A stretch of 64,000 nucleotides of DNA, taken from positions 9,028 through 73,027 of IMG/VR virus record IMGVR_UViG_3300021387_000334; one strand, 5' to 3'. The notes under the pieces are model-generated. The model was not told where the DNA came from. It saw nothing but the letters and a program-made list of their open reading frames with translations, and searched no databases. This stretch comes from a virus. Lineage: Duplodnaviria > Caudoviricetes. The position numbers were made by a program, and so were the translations under genes. The first letter of the stretch is position 1; each line of letters begins with the position of its first letter. Of the stretch, positions 45,125 to 53,059 are shown one piece after another.

Positions 45125-45158
45125 GGGGGGCTGAGAGAAATCTCCGTCCCCCTTTTTT
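45125..45158 (+). terminator. Intrinsic terminator
   Basis: G-rich/C-rich stem with GAAA loop then T6. Confidence 0.65.
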
Positions 45159-45240
45159 GTGTCCCAATGCCAAAGTTTACGGAGCGATTCCAAGATTTTA
45201 CGACTTCCGGCATCTCCGTAAACTTTTTCTTTACGATGAC

Positions 45241-46386
45241 CTATTTTGCCGTAAACTTTCCATAGCTGACCATTGCCTCGACTATCGACTCGTCCATCAG
45301 CTTCGCATAGGTCTTCTCCGTTTCCCTAATCGATGCGTGCCCCAAGATGTGCTGAATGATGTGCATCGGCATCTTACCCTCGTTCAATAGCATCGTGGCT
45401 CCCGTGTGCCTTGCCCAGTGGGTCGTGACGGGCTTGTCTATCTTCGCATACATGACCGCTGCCTTCAGATAGGCATTGTATTTCACGTTGCTGATGATGG
45501 GAAGCTTGTACTTGTACCGCTTCAAGACGGCCAAGGCTGGCTCCATCAAGACAATCGTGAATTCCTGCCCGGTCTTCTGACGCTTGGACTTGTAGACAGT
45601 CTGACCTTTGACCTTTACACAATCCTTGTAGTCAAACTTGGCCAAGTCCGAATAGCTCATCATCGTGTAGGTCTGAAAGATGAACAAGTCCCTTACCCTG
45701 CGCAGGCTTTCGCTCGGAATGATGCACGACTCGAACTGATGGAACTCCTGCGGTGTGAGGAATCGCGTCAGTCCGTCCTCGTTGCCTTTCTTGATGTCGA
45801 GACGGGAATACGGGTTACGCTTGATGAGTCCGTCCTCCAAGGCTTGCAGGACAAAGGTCTTGACCAGCTTGTGGTAGTTCCACCTCGAACACTCCTTCAG
45901 ACCTCTGCGCTCCAGTTCCTCATCCATCTTCATGATATTCTTCTCCGTCACATCTGAGAAATACACAATCCCCTTCCATTGCTCCAGGAACTTGAACATC
46001 TGTTCGTAGTGCTGACGTGTGCCATCCGTGATGTTCTTGTACCTGCGCCCTGCCAACTCCCTTGCATAGGATATGAAGGTGTCGCTCTGCATTATCTCCC
46101 CTTTCAAGAGCCGTGGCACTGCGTTTAGATCCAAACAACCCTCGTCCATCATCCTGTTGATGATTTCAGAGCACTTGCGCTTCAGTATCTGAAGCTGGTC
46201 GTTGACCTCCTTCCAATCCCTGCGGCCAATTACAGAGCCGTTAGACCACTCCTTGGGGAGCAGCTTCACACCCGTTGAGATGTACTTCCTTACATTGTCT
46301 GCCGTGATTCTCAACTCTACCACGCCAGCCTTGGTCTTCGTACTCTGACCCTTTCGGTCAAATACTAATGTTAAATTTACTTTCAT
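45241..46386 (-). CDS. int: Tyrosine integrase (Bacteroidales type)
   Basis: N-terminal arm-binding RKYISTGVKL; RDLFIFQTYTMMSYSD; HWARHT; LGHAS...TYA. Confidence 0.93.
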   Translation of the reverse strand: MKVNLTLVFDRKGQSTKTKAGVVELRITADNVRKYISTGVKLLPKEWSNGSVIGRRDWKEVNDQLQILKRKCSEIINRMMDEGCLDLNAVPRLLKGEIMQSDTFISYARELAGRRYKNITDGTRQHYEQMFKFLEQWKGIVYFSDVTEKNIMKMDEELERRGLKECSRWNYHKLVKTFVLQALEDGLIKRNPYSRLDIKKGNEDGLTRFLTPQEFHQFESCIIPSESLRRVRDLFIFQTYTMMSYSDLAKFDYKDCVKVKGQTVYKSKRQKTGQEFTIVLMEPALAVLKRYKYKLPIISNVKYNAYLKAAVMYAKIDKPVTTHWARHTGATMLLNEGKMPMHIIQHILGHASIRETEKTYAKLMDESIVEAMVSYGKFTAK

Positions 46387-46431
46387 ATCACTTAAAATTT
46401 GTTTAAAACTATCTCGTTAACATTTTTTTAT

Positions 46432-46781
46432 GTTACCATTTTACTCTCTGAAAAATTTTGGTAACGGATTGGTAACAGATTGGTAACAAAAGATAGCAGT
46501 TGATAGCAGATGATAACAACCGATAACAAATGATGCCAAATCCATCCAAAACCGCTGGATAGCCTTGGTAAAATACTGAAAAACAAAAGTTTACGTGATA
46601 AGATACTCTTTTCCAAAGAATTAGAGAGGTTCGTTTCTCAACTAACCTCTCCACTCTCATTGTGATTCCGGCGGGATTCAGACCTTTGGGAATCATAGAG
46701 AGTGTAAGTCTTTGACTATCACTATGTTTCAGCTTTACCATGACTGGGTTCGATTTTACGTTGGTAACAGAAAAGTAACAG
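46432..46781. other. Putative attP (tRNA 3'-end core flanked by arm-type repeats)
   Basis: Core 46660-46679 reads GAATCCCGCCGGAATCACAA on minus; TTGGTAAC at 46458, 46469, 46480, 46761 and inverted at 46432; five 10-bp-periodic GATRRCA-like repeats 46492-46539. Confidence 0.7.
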
Positions 46782-47318
46782 TCCGTTTTCTTCTTAATTT
46801 ACAATTTTCATTTTTCATTACTAATGCACGTTTTAATTAAACTTAATGAGTTTTGCAACCTCAAATATTATTCCCTAACTTTGCACCCGTCAAGTTCGGA
46901 TTGACAAGTGAAATAGCACGTCGTTTCATACCGACATATTGCATCATTTCCACCGATGCATGGTCCCCAAAGGTTATCCGAACTATCCTGCGGGGACTTT
47001 TTGTTTTCACACCATTTCGCGGCAAGCAGTTAATCACCGTACTGCGTCGAACTTACCAATCGACAGATAAACAACGGCAGTCTTTTTGAACACGGAGCAC
47101 CAAATCCTGAAATGAGTCCACCCAATAGCAGGTCTGTAAGGTCGAAAGACAAACTCAAACTCCGATAAAAGCTGTTCAGAATCAGTGGTTCCTATAAGGC
47201 TTAGCAGGTAGAAGATAACTTAGCAATAAGAGGTAGACAATATTCTTCGACTGCTCCCCCTGTAACCCCCATCTTACAGAATTGGGTGGATCGTGTACAT
47301 CATTAAACAAAGATAGTT

Positions 47319-47534
47319 ATGACTTACAAAGGACAAGAAATCGGTATTCCGACATTAGAACTCATCCAAGAGTGCATCACCCAATGGAAGCTTCGCGTAT
47401 CAGCGCAGGAGGTCTACGACTATTGGACTTCAAGGAACTGGCTTACTAAGAAAGGTCAGCCAATCAAGACTATAGAATCAGCCTGCAATGTAGCCAATAG
47501 TTTATTCGTTCAGCGTCAGCGGAAAGAGGTGTGA
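47319..47534 (+). CDS. Hypothetical protein
   Basis: 71 aa, A-rich leader. Confidence 0.6.
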   Translation: MTYKGQEIGIPTLELIQECITQWKLRVSAQEVYDYWTSRNWLTKKGQPIKTIESACNVANSLFVQRQRKEV

Positions 47535-47726
47535 ACAACAATATTTCAAAGAGCGATAGTTAATCTATGAAGTCGGTAATAGGCTTAAATGTCTGAGTCC
47601 ACGTGTCAAACATTGTACCTTGATCTCCAACACTTATATACCTGCATTCACAGAGATACAACCATCCGTAGATGATAAGCACCGCCAAAACTATGACGGC
47701 ATACCATTGTTTAAATGTCAGCTTCT

Positions 47727-48377
47727 TCATTGTCCCATTCTGATTAATCCGACAATCCTGTAGATACCGAAGATGTCGTCTCCGGCAACTTCGAAATCGG
47801 GGTATTCGGGATTATAGGAAACGCATCTCACTCCATTCTCCTTAGGATATAGCCTTTTCAGTACGTTACCATCCCTTGTGGCGAGAACATAGGCCTTACC
47901 CCACTCAATAACATTCTCCACCTTCTTGCAGGCCACCTCGTCGCCTCCTTCAAACTTTGGCTCCATGCTATCCCCTTTGATTAACATGGTGAAGTCATAG
48001 TCTGGCATGGATCGCATCTTGGGGAGCATTTCGCATTCGTGTACCAGCACGCCGTCTATGTAGTCGGACAATACTCCTGCAGCAGCGGTAATAGGGAGCC
48101 GAGGGCGTAGGTCTGATTTGGAATTATTATCCAGCAATTCCAAGTCTACCTCCATCTTACCTTCTCCTGCATACAACCATTCTCTGTTAATCTCAGGGAA
48201 TGCATCTGCCACTTTGTTCACAAGAGAACGCGGAACGCCCCGGTTACCTTTTAATATCTGACCGAGGTTCTGGGGGGCAAAACCGATTCTTTTGGCGAAT
48301 TGGCTCTGATTTTCGCTAACATAGTCCATAATGCGCTTTATGCGCTCCAACATTCCTTTTTCCTCCATAACAGACAA
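47727..48377 (-). CDS. CI/LexA-like repressor (HTH plus S24 peptidase)
   Basis: HTH QSQFAKRIG..NLGQI..INREWL; AAAG cleavage-like site; GDSMEP...LKRL catalytic Ser/Lys. Confidence 0.9.
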   Translation of the reverse strand: MSVMEEKGMLERIKRIMDYVSENQSQFAKRIGFAPQNLGQILKGNRGVPRSLVNKVADAFPEINREWLYAGEGKMEVDLELLDNNSKSDLRPRLPITAAAGVLSDYIDGVLVHECEMLPKMRSMPDYDFTMLIKGDSMEPKFEGGDEVACKKVENVIEWGKAYVLATRDGNVLKRLYPKENGVRCVSYNPEYPDFEVAGDDIFGIYRIVGLIRMGQ

Positions 48378-48429
48378 TCGTTTATAATCTTAATATAATC
48401 AAAAATAATCAAAAAAGCTATAAAAATTG

Positions 48430-48469
48430 AATCAAAATATCTCATATTGAGAATATTTGATTATCTTTG
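48430..48469. promoter_or_regulatory. Genetic-switch operator/promoter region
   Basis: Imperfect palindrome AATCAAAATATCTCA-T-ATTGAGAATATTTGATT overlapping TATCTTTG (48462-48469). Confidence 0.55.
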
Positions 48470-48621
48470 CACTCGATTTTGATAGATAAATAAGTGCATT
48501 AAGCAGGCCGATGAATCGAAATCCGGGTCAGACCACACTTTTCTGTGGCAAAGATAGGGAAAATATTTCAAAGGTGCAAATTAATGGCACAAGATTTAGG
48601 AATAATTAAATAAATAAAATA

Positions 48622-48825
48622 ATGAACGTAACAGTTAAAGACATTAAATCGATTAAGCCAGGAGAGACCAAGCCTTTCCTCTGTGAGAGTGAGAAGGCTT
48701 GTAGGAACGCGAGCGTCCTTGTGTCTGTCGTGCAGAGGACTGACAAGCCCGATGGTGTCAGCCATTACTCTCGTAAGATAGACTTCGACCAGAAGATTAT
48801 CAATATCACAGCTCACAGATTATAA
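48622..48825 (+). CDS. Small protein in Cro position
   Basis: First gene divergent from CI; 67 aa. Confidence 0.55.
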   Translation: MNVTVKDIKSIKPGETKPFLCESEKACRNASVLVSVVQRTDKPDGVSHYSRKIDFDQKIINITAHRL

Positions 48826-48838
48826 AATTATATAAGGT

Positions 48839-49168
48839 ATGAACAACGAAGATTTATTATCAAGAGAGTTTCTTATCAGTGCTTTTGGGGCGCTAAAGAA
48901 AACCAAAAAGCAGTATAAAACCTATATTCTTTTGGATAACGCATCCAAACTATATAAAATAGGTAGGGCAACTGATGTCGAAAAACGGCTATCTTCTTTG
49001 ACCGTGGCTAACCCAAGCCTCTCTATTATCCTTGTTATTGACGCAAACGTAGAGAACCGTCTTCATAAGGAATACGCGAGTAACCGAGTTAAGTCTGAGT
49101 GGTTTAAGTTATCAGAAGATGATATTAGAAGTATTAATGACAAATATAACAATGAGGTCTATGAATAA
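48839..49168 (+). CDS. GIY-YIG-like (T5orf172/MUG113) nuclease-domain protein
   Basis: TYILL..YKIGRATDVEKRL..ENRLHKEY..EWF; low GC. Confidence 0.8.
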   Translation: MNNEDLLSREFLISAFGALKKTKKQYKTYILLDNASKLYKIGRATDVEKRLSSLTVANPSLSIILVIDANVENRLHKEYASNRVKSEWFKLSEDDIRSINDKYNNEVYE

Positions 49169-49961
49169 TGCTTTAGTTTTCCAAGGAAGCAACGGCCAAC
49201 CGCTTACTAATAGCGTACTTGTTGCCAAAAAGTTCGGAAAGTCACACGACAATGTGCTCAAGTCTATTCGAGCCATCCTAAATGGGGGTGTCCTCAAAAA
49301 TAACGAGACCCCGATGTTTGAGGAAGCGACCTATGTGAACGAACAAAACGGACAAACCTATCCAATGTTTATCATGAACCGCGACGGCTTTACTCTTTTG
49401 GCTATGGGGTTCACTGGTAACAAGGCAATGGAGTTTAAGATTGACTACATCGGAGCCTTCAATAAGATGGAAGAGCAGATAAAGCACACCACCATGACCG
49501 CACTCCCCGACTTCACCAATCCTGCCGAAGCTGCCCGTGCGTGGGCTCACGAATACGAGCAGAAACAACTTGAAGCCCGTCGTGCTGATGCAGCAGAGCA
49601 GCAGGTCTATGCGCTCTCGCAGGAAATAGAGTCAATGCAGCCGAAGGTGTCCTACTACGACATGATTCTCAATAATCACTCAACCGTCCTGACCACACAG
49701 ATAGCTCTCGACTATGGATTGTCAGCCAAGACACTCAACAAGAAGCTTTATGAAATGAGGATCCAGCACAAGGTTGGCGACCAATGGATTCTTTATGCGC
49801 CATATCTCCCTATGGGTTACATGCACTCCAAGCCCGTTGAGATTACCCACAACAACGGCACTCGGTCTATCAAGTATAATTCAGAGTGGACTCAGAAGGG
49901 CCGTCTCTTCCTCTACGAAGAACTGAAGAAGCACAATATCCTCCCATTAATCGAACAATAG
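49161..49961 (+). CDS. Rha-domain plus ANT/KilAC antirepressor
   Basis: VAKKFGKSHDNVL..MNRDGFTLLAMGFTG; PKVSYYD..WTQKGRLFL. Confidence 0.9.
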   Translation: MNNALVFQGSNGQPLTNSVLVAKKFGKSHDNVLKSIRAILNGGVLKNNETPMFEEATYVNEQNGQTYPMFIMNRDGFTLLAMGFTGNKAMEFKIDYIGAFNKMEEQIKHTTMTALPDFTNPAEAARAWAHEYEQKQLEARRADAAEQQVYALSQEIESMQPKVSYYDMILNNHSTVLTTQIALDYGLSAKTLNKKLYEMRIQHKVGDQWILYAPYLPMGYMHSKPVEITHNNGTRSIKYNSEWTQKGRLFLYEELKKHNILPLIEQ

Positions 49962-49983
49962 AATCTATAAAAACAAATAAGGT

Positions 49984-51186
49984 ATGAGCAAACAGAAAAC
50001 CATTAAAGCCTACAAAGGCTTCGACAAGGATTTGAAGTGCAGAGGTTTCCAGTATGAGGTTGGCAAGGAGTATGAGCAGAAAGGCAAGATTATTGCTTGC
50101 GAGAACGGCTTTCATGCCTGCGAAAATCCATTCGATGTAACAGACTATTATAATGACATATTAAATGACCGATATTGTGAGGTCGAACAGTCTGGCGACA
50201 TCGATGAAAGAGAAAACAAAAAAGCTTCGTCTCGCATTAGGATCAAGGCCGAGATTGGTTTTACAGGACTTTTCAAGGCGGGCATCGAGTGGCTGAAAGA
50301 GATTACGAACCCAGTAAAGGTCATTGAGGGCACGAAGGATGCGCTCGCATTGACTAATGATAACGGTTACTATGCTAAGATTGGGTCAAGTGGTATCTAT
50401 GCTAAGATTGGGTCAAGTGGTAGCTCTGCTCAGATTGGGTCAAGTGGTAGCTCTGCTCAGATTGGGTCAAGTGGTAGCTCTGCTCAGATTGGGTCAAGTG
50501 GTATCTCTGCTAAGATTGGGTCAAGTGGTATCTCTGCTAAGATTGGGTCAAGTGGTGACTATGCTCAGATTGGGTCAAGTGGTATCTCTGCTCAGATTGG
50601 GTCAAGTGGTTACTATGCTAAGATTGGGTCAAGTGGTAACTCTGCTCAGATTGGGTCAAGTGGTATCTATGCTAAGATTGGGTCAAGTGGTGACTATGCT
50701 CAGATTGGGTCAAGTGGTAGCTCTGCTCAGATTGGGTCAAGTGGTATCTATGCTAAGATTGGGTCAAGTGGTAGCTCTGCTCAGATTGGGTCAAGTGGTA
50801 ACTATGCTCAGATTGGGTCAAGTGGTGACTATGCTAAGATTGGGTCAAGTGGTAGCTCTGCTCAGATTGGGTCAAGTGGTATCTATGCTAAGATTGGGTC
50901 AAGTGGTGACTATGCTAAGATTGGGTCAAGTGGTGACTATGCTAAGATAGATTCTACTGGCGAGGATTCCGTCATCTGCTGCGCGGGACATAACTCGGCT
51001 GTTAAAGCAAAAAAAGGTTCCTGGATAACACTAGCCGAATGGATTTATTCAGACGAGAAAAACCGCTGGATTCCAAAGTGTGTCAAGACAGAGTATGTAG
51101 ACGGCGAACGAATAAAGGCTGATACATGGTATAAACTTGTTGATGGGGAATTTAAAGAAAAGAAGTATGAAAGAACAATGGTATGA
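49984..51186 (+). CDS. Phage protein with N-terminal KAYKGFD domain and 9-aa repeat solenoid
   Basis: AYKGFDKDLKCRGFQYEVG..GFHACENP; 21 xxA(K/Q)IGSSG repeats; C-terminal IKADTWYKL. Confidence 0.85.
   Translation: MSKQKTIKAYKGFDKDLKCRGFQYEVGKEYEQKGKIIACENGFHACENPFDVTDYYNDILNDRYCEVEQSGDIDERENKKASSRIRIKAEIGFTGLFKAGIEWLKEITNPVKVIEGTKDALALTNDNGYYAKIGSSGIYAKIGSSGSSAQIGSSGSSAQIGSSGSSAQIGSSGISAKIGSSGISAKIGSSGDYAQIGSSGISAQIGSSGYYAKIGSSGNSAQIGSSGIYAKIGSSGDYAQIGSSGSSAQIGSSGIYAKIGSSGSSAQIGSSGNYAQIGSSGDYAKIGSSGSSAQIGSSGIYAKIGSSGDYAKIGSSGDYAKIDSTGEDSVICCAGHNSAVKAKKGSWITLAEWIYSDEKNRWIPKCVKTEYVDGERIKADTWYKLVDGEFKEKKYERTMV
50368..50948 (+). repeat. 27-bp coding tandem repeat, 21 full units plus 1 partial
   Basis: NNC-TMT-GCT-MAG-ATT-GGG-TCA-AGT-GGT. 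Confidence 0.97.
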
Positions 51187-51280
51187 AAACGACTGGTTCC
51201 TCTCGTTCATGGCGGCTCTGTCACTCTTCATGGCCGCAGTAGCCAACTACTACATTCACGGAGGACACATACAATGGTGA
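51167..51280 (+). CDS. Small hydrophobic peptide (37 aa)
   Basis: WFLSFMAALSLFMAAVANYY; overlaps both neighbours. Confidence 0.5.
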   Translation: MKEQWYENDWFLSFMAALSLFMAAVANYYIHGGHIQW

Positions 51281-51456
51281 AGGACGGCAATGGTGACGTG
51301 TGGCTCTCACCGCAGGAAGCAGCAGACACCCTCGGTATCAGCGTCAGCAGGATATACCACATCAAGAATCAGCTGACACACCGTAAGGGAAACACTTCTC
51401 GGGCGAGGGTGTTCTTTCTCGAAAGCACTCTCTTTGACGACTACATGAATATATGA
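51274..51456 (+). CDS. Excisionase/AlpA-like HTH protein
   Basis: WLSPQEAADTLGISVSRIYH. Confidence 0.75.
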   Translation: MVKDGNGDVWLSPQEAADTLGISVSRIYHIKNQLTHRKGNTSRARVFFLESTLFDDYMNI

Positions 51457-51581
51457 CATAATTGCATTTAGGTTTTTAGTTATTGGTAAAATTCCCCAAG
51501 CGTGGGGTCTGTAACTCAAAGGTGAATGAGAAATTCTTTTCAGCCAGCCTGCCTCATGTGAATGCCGCAGGTTTTTCAAGA

Positions 51582-51686
51582 GGGAATGTAGCTCAGTGGC
51601 AAGAGCTTGGAGAAATAAGACTTTGGTGTAAGTCTCTCCGTAAAAGTACATCATCGAGAGCATGGGTTCGACCCCCGTCATTCCCA
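51582..51686 (+). tRNA. Non-canonical tRNA-like element (no assignable anticodon)
   Basis: GGGAATG/CATTCCC-A acceptor; GCTC-AGTGGCAA-GAGC D arm; ATGGG-TTCGACC-CCCGT T arm; 23-nt anticodon-loop region; 21-nt variable region. Confidence 0.65.
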
Positions 51687-51979
51687 CTTCTTTTCAGCAC
51701 TCCAAGTCCCAATAGTGCGAATGGGGATATATAGAAGGTGTAGTGGCTTACACCAGCTTGGACGAAAGTTGATACTGTTCTTTGACTTATTGGAAACATA
51801 GACGAACGTGGAAAAGGCCACGTATGGAGAACCCCCACCCCCACGAATAGGCAATGGTGCTGAAAAGGTGGATAACAGGGTGGCAGGCTCCTACACTCGT
51901 ATCTGTAAAGCTGCCGTAGTCCGAAGGTCAAGCCGGATTGAGAGAAGCTGAGGCCAGATACTAAAAAAAATCCATCATC

Positions 51980-52192
51980 ATGATACAACTCCCGACCAAA
52001 CAACGATTACGCACGCGAATAGACAGGGTTTACGACCACCTGCACCGCGATTGCAGTATTATGAGCGTCCATCAGTTCGAGGACGCTATGCGATACATTC
52101 ACATCTTAACGCTTAAAATCAAATCTTATGGCTTTACTCCGCAGAAAAAAACCGTTGAAATCTTCGACACCGATCAAGAAGTCGAAGTTTGA
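51980..52192 (+). CDS. Hypothetical protein
   Basis: 70 aa; overlaps NinG start. Confidence 0.45.
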   Translation: MIQLPTKQRLRTRIDRVYDHLHRDCSIMSVHQFEDAMRYIHILTLKIKSYGFTPQKKTVEIFDTDQEVEV

Positions 52193-52625
52193 AATCAGCG
52201 AAATTAAGACTCCGACACGGAAGGCCAGCCGCTCTACGCTGATGCGAAAGGCCGATGATGCCTTCTCCTTATATATACGTACGCGCGATAGTCAGGAATA
52301 CGAAGGCAGGGCTTTCCGATGTATCTCATGTGGCAGGGTCCTGCCGATAGAGCAGTGTGACAATGGCCACTACGTTAACCGTAGCCACATGTCGCTACGC
52401 TTCTCCGAATTAAACTGCAACGCCCAGTGCAGGCTCTGCAACAGATTCCAGGAAGGGAATATACAAGACTACCGCAAGGGTCTCATCTTGAAGATAGGCG
52501 AGCAGAAAGTTCTCCTGCTCGAAGCTCAGAAGAATATTACCAACAAGATTTCAAACTTTGAACTGGAACTACTTGCCAAACACTACAAAGCAGAAACAAA
52601 GAAATTTAAATACCAAATCAAATGA
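52128..52625 (+). CDS. ninG: NinG/Rap-like HNH-fold junction endonuclease
   Basis: YIRTRD..CISCG..DNGHY..NCNAQCRLCNR. Confidence 0.88.
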   Translation: MALLRRKKPLKSSTPIKKSKFEISEIKTPTRKASRSTLMRKADDAFSLYIRTRDSQEYEGRAFRCISCGRVLPIEQCDNGHYVNRSHMSLRFSELNCNAQCRLCNRFQEGNIQDYRKGLILKIGEQKVLLLEAQKNITNKISNFELELLAKHYKAETKKFKYQIK

Positions 52626-52768
52626 AGAAGCTAGTAAATAATCTATGTAAGTTCCGCTCCGACAAAGAGACGGAGGTGTATGTCGGTTCTGCATTCTGCA
52701 AACGCTGCCGATACTTCAACGGAATGATTAACAAAAAGACGATCTCGTGTTTAATTCCTAAATATTAA
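52622..52768 (+). CDS. Small Cys-rich protein (48 aa)
   Basis: C..VGSAFCKRC..C; ATGA overlap. Confidence 0.5.
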   Translation: MKKLVNNLCKFRSDKETEVYVGSAFCKRCRYFNGMINKKTISCLIPKY

Positions 52769-52773
52769 TCGTT

Positions 52774-53040
52774 ATGAATTTCAGAAATTTACTAAACCAT
52801 GTCTGGCGCAAGCCGGAGTCGAAGCCCGTCAAGGGTAGTGAGAAGAAGAAGGAGGCCGTAGACCTCACAGTGCTGGAACACCGCTATGTGATGAACGTAG
52901 GAGCAGGCCGCAAGTGTGACTTCTGCAAGAAGGAAACGCTCAACTGCGCCAAGGTAGACATTGCAGGATGGCAGTTGTGTATCTGTCCGCTGGAGGACGC
53001 GTGTCCCTTTCGTCGAGCCAAGAAATCAACAAAGAAATAA
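52774..53040 (+). CDS. Zn-finger-like hypothetical protein
   Basis: CDFC..C..C.CP...CP. Confidence 0.6.
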   Translation: MNFRNLLNHVWRKPESKPVKGSEKKKEAVDLTVLEHRYVMNVGAGRKCDFCKKETLNCAKVDIAGWQLCICPLEDACPFRRAKKSTKK

Positions 53041-53059
53041 CCCTCAAAAGCATGTCGGT

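Noticed and set aside
46428-47089. ORFs 46428-46616, 46433-46741 and 46853-47089
   Set aside because: Overlap attP repeats and promoters; implausible translations
50368-50948. CRISPR array
   Set aside because: Contiguous 27-nt in-frame coding units with only 4 variable bases; no unique spacers; no cas genes
50357-50950. 197-aa antisense repeat ORF (LRLGQVV...)
   Set aside because: Automatic consequence of a stop-free 27-bp repeat
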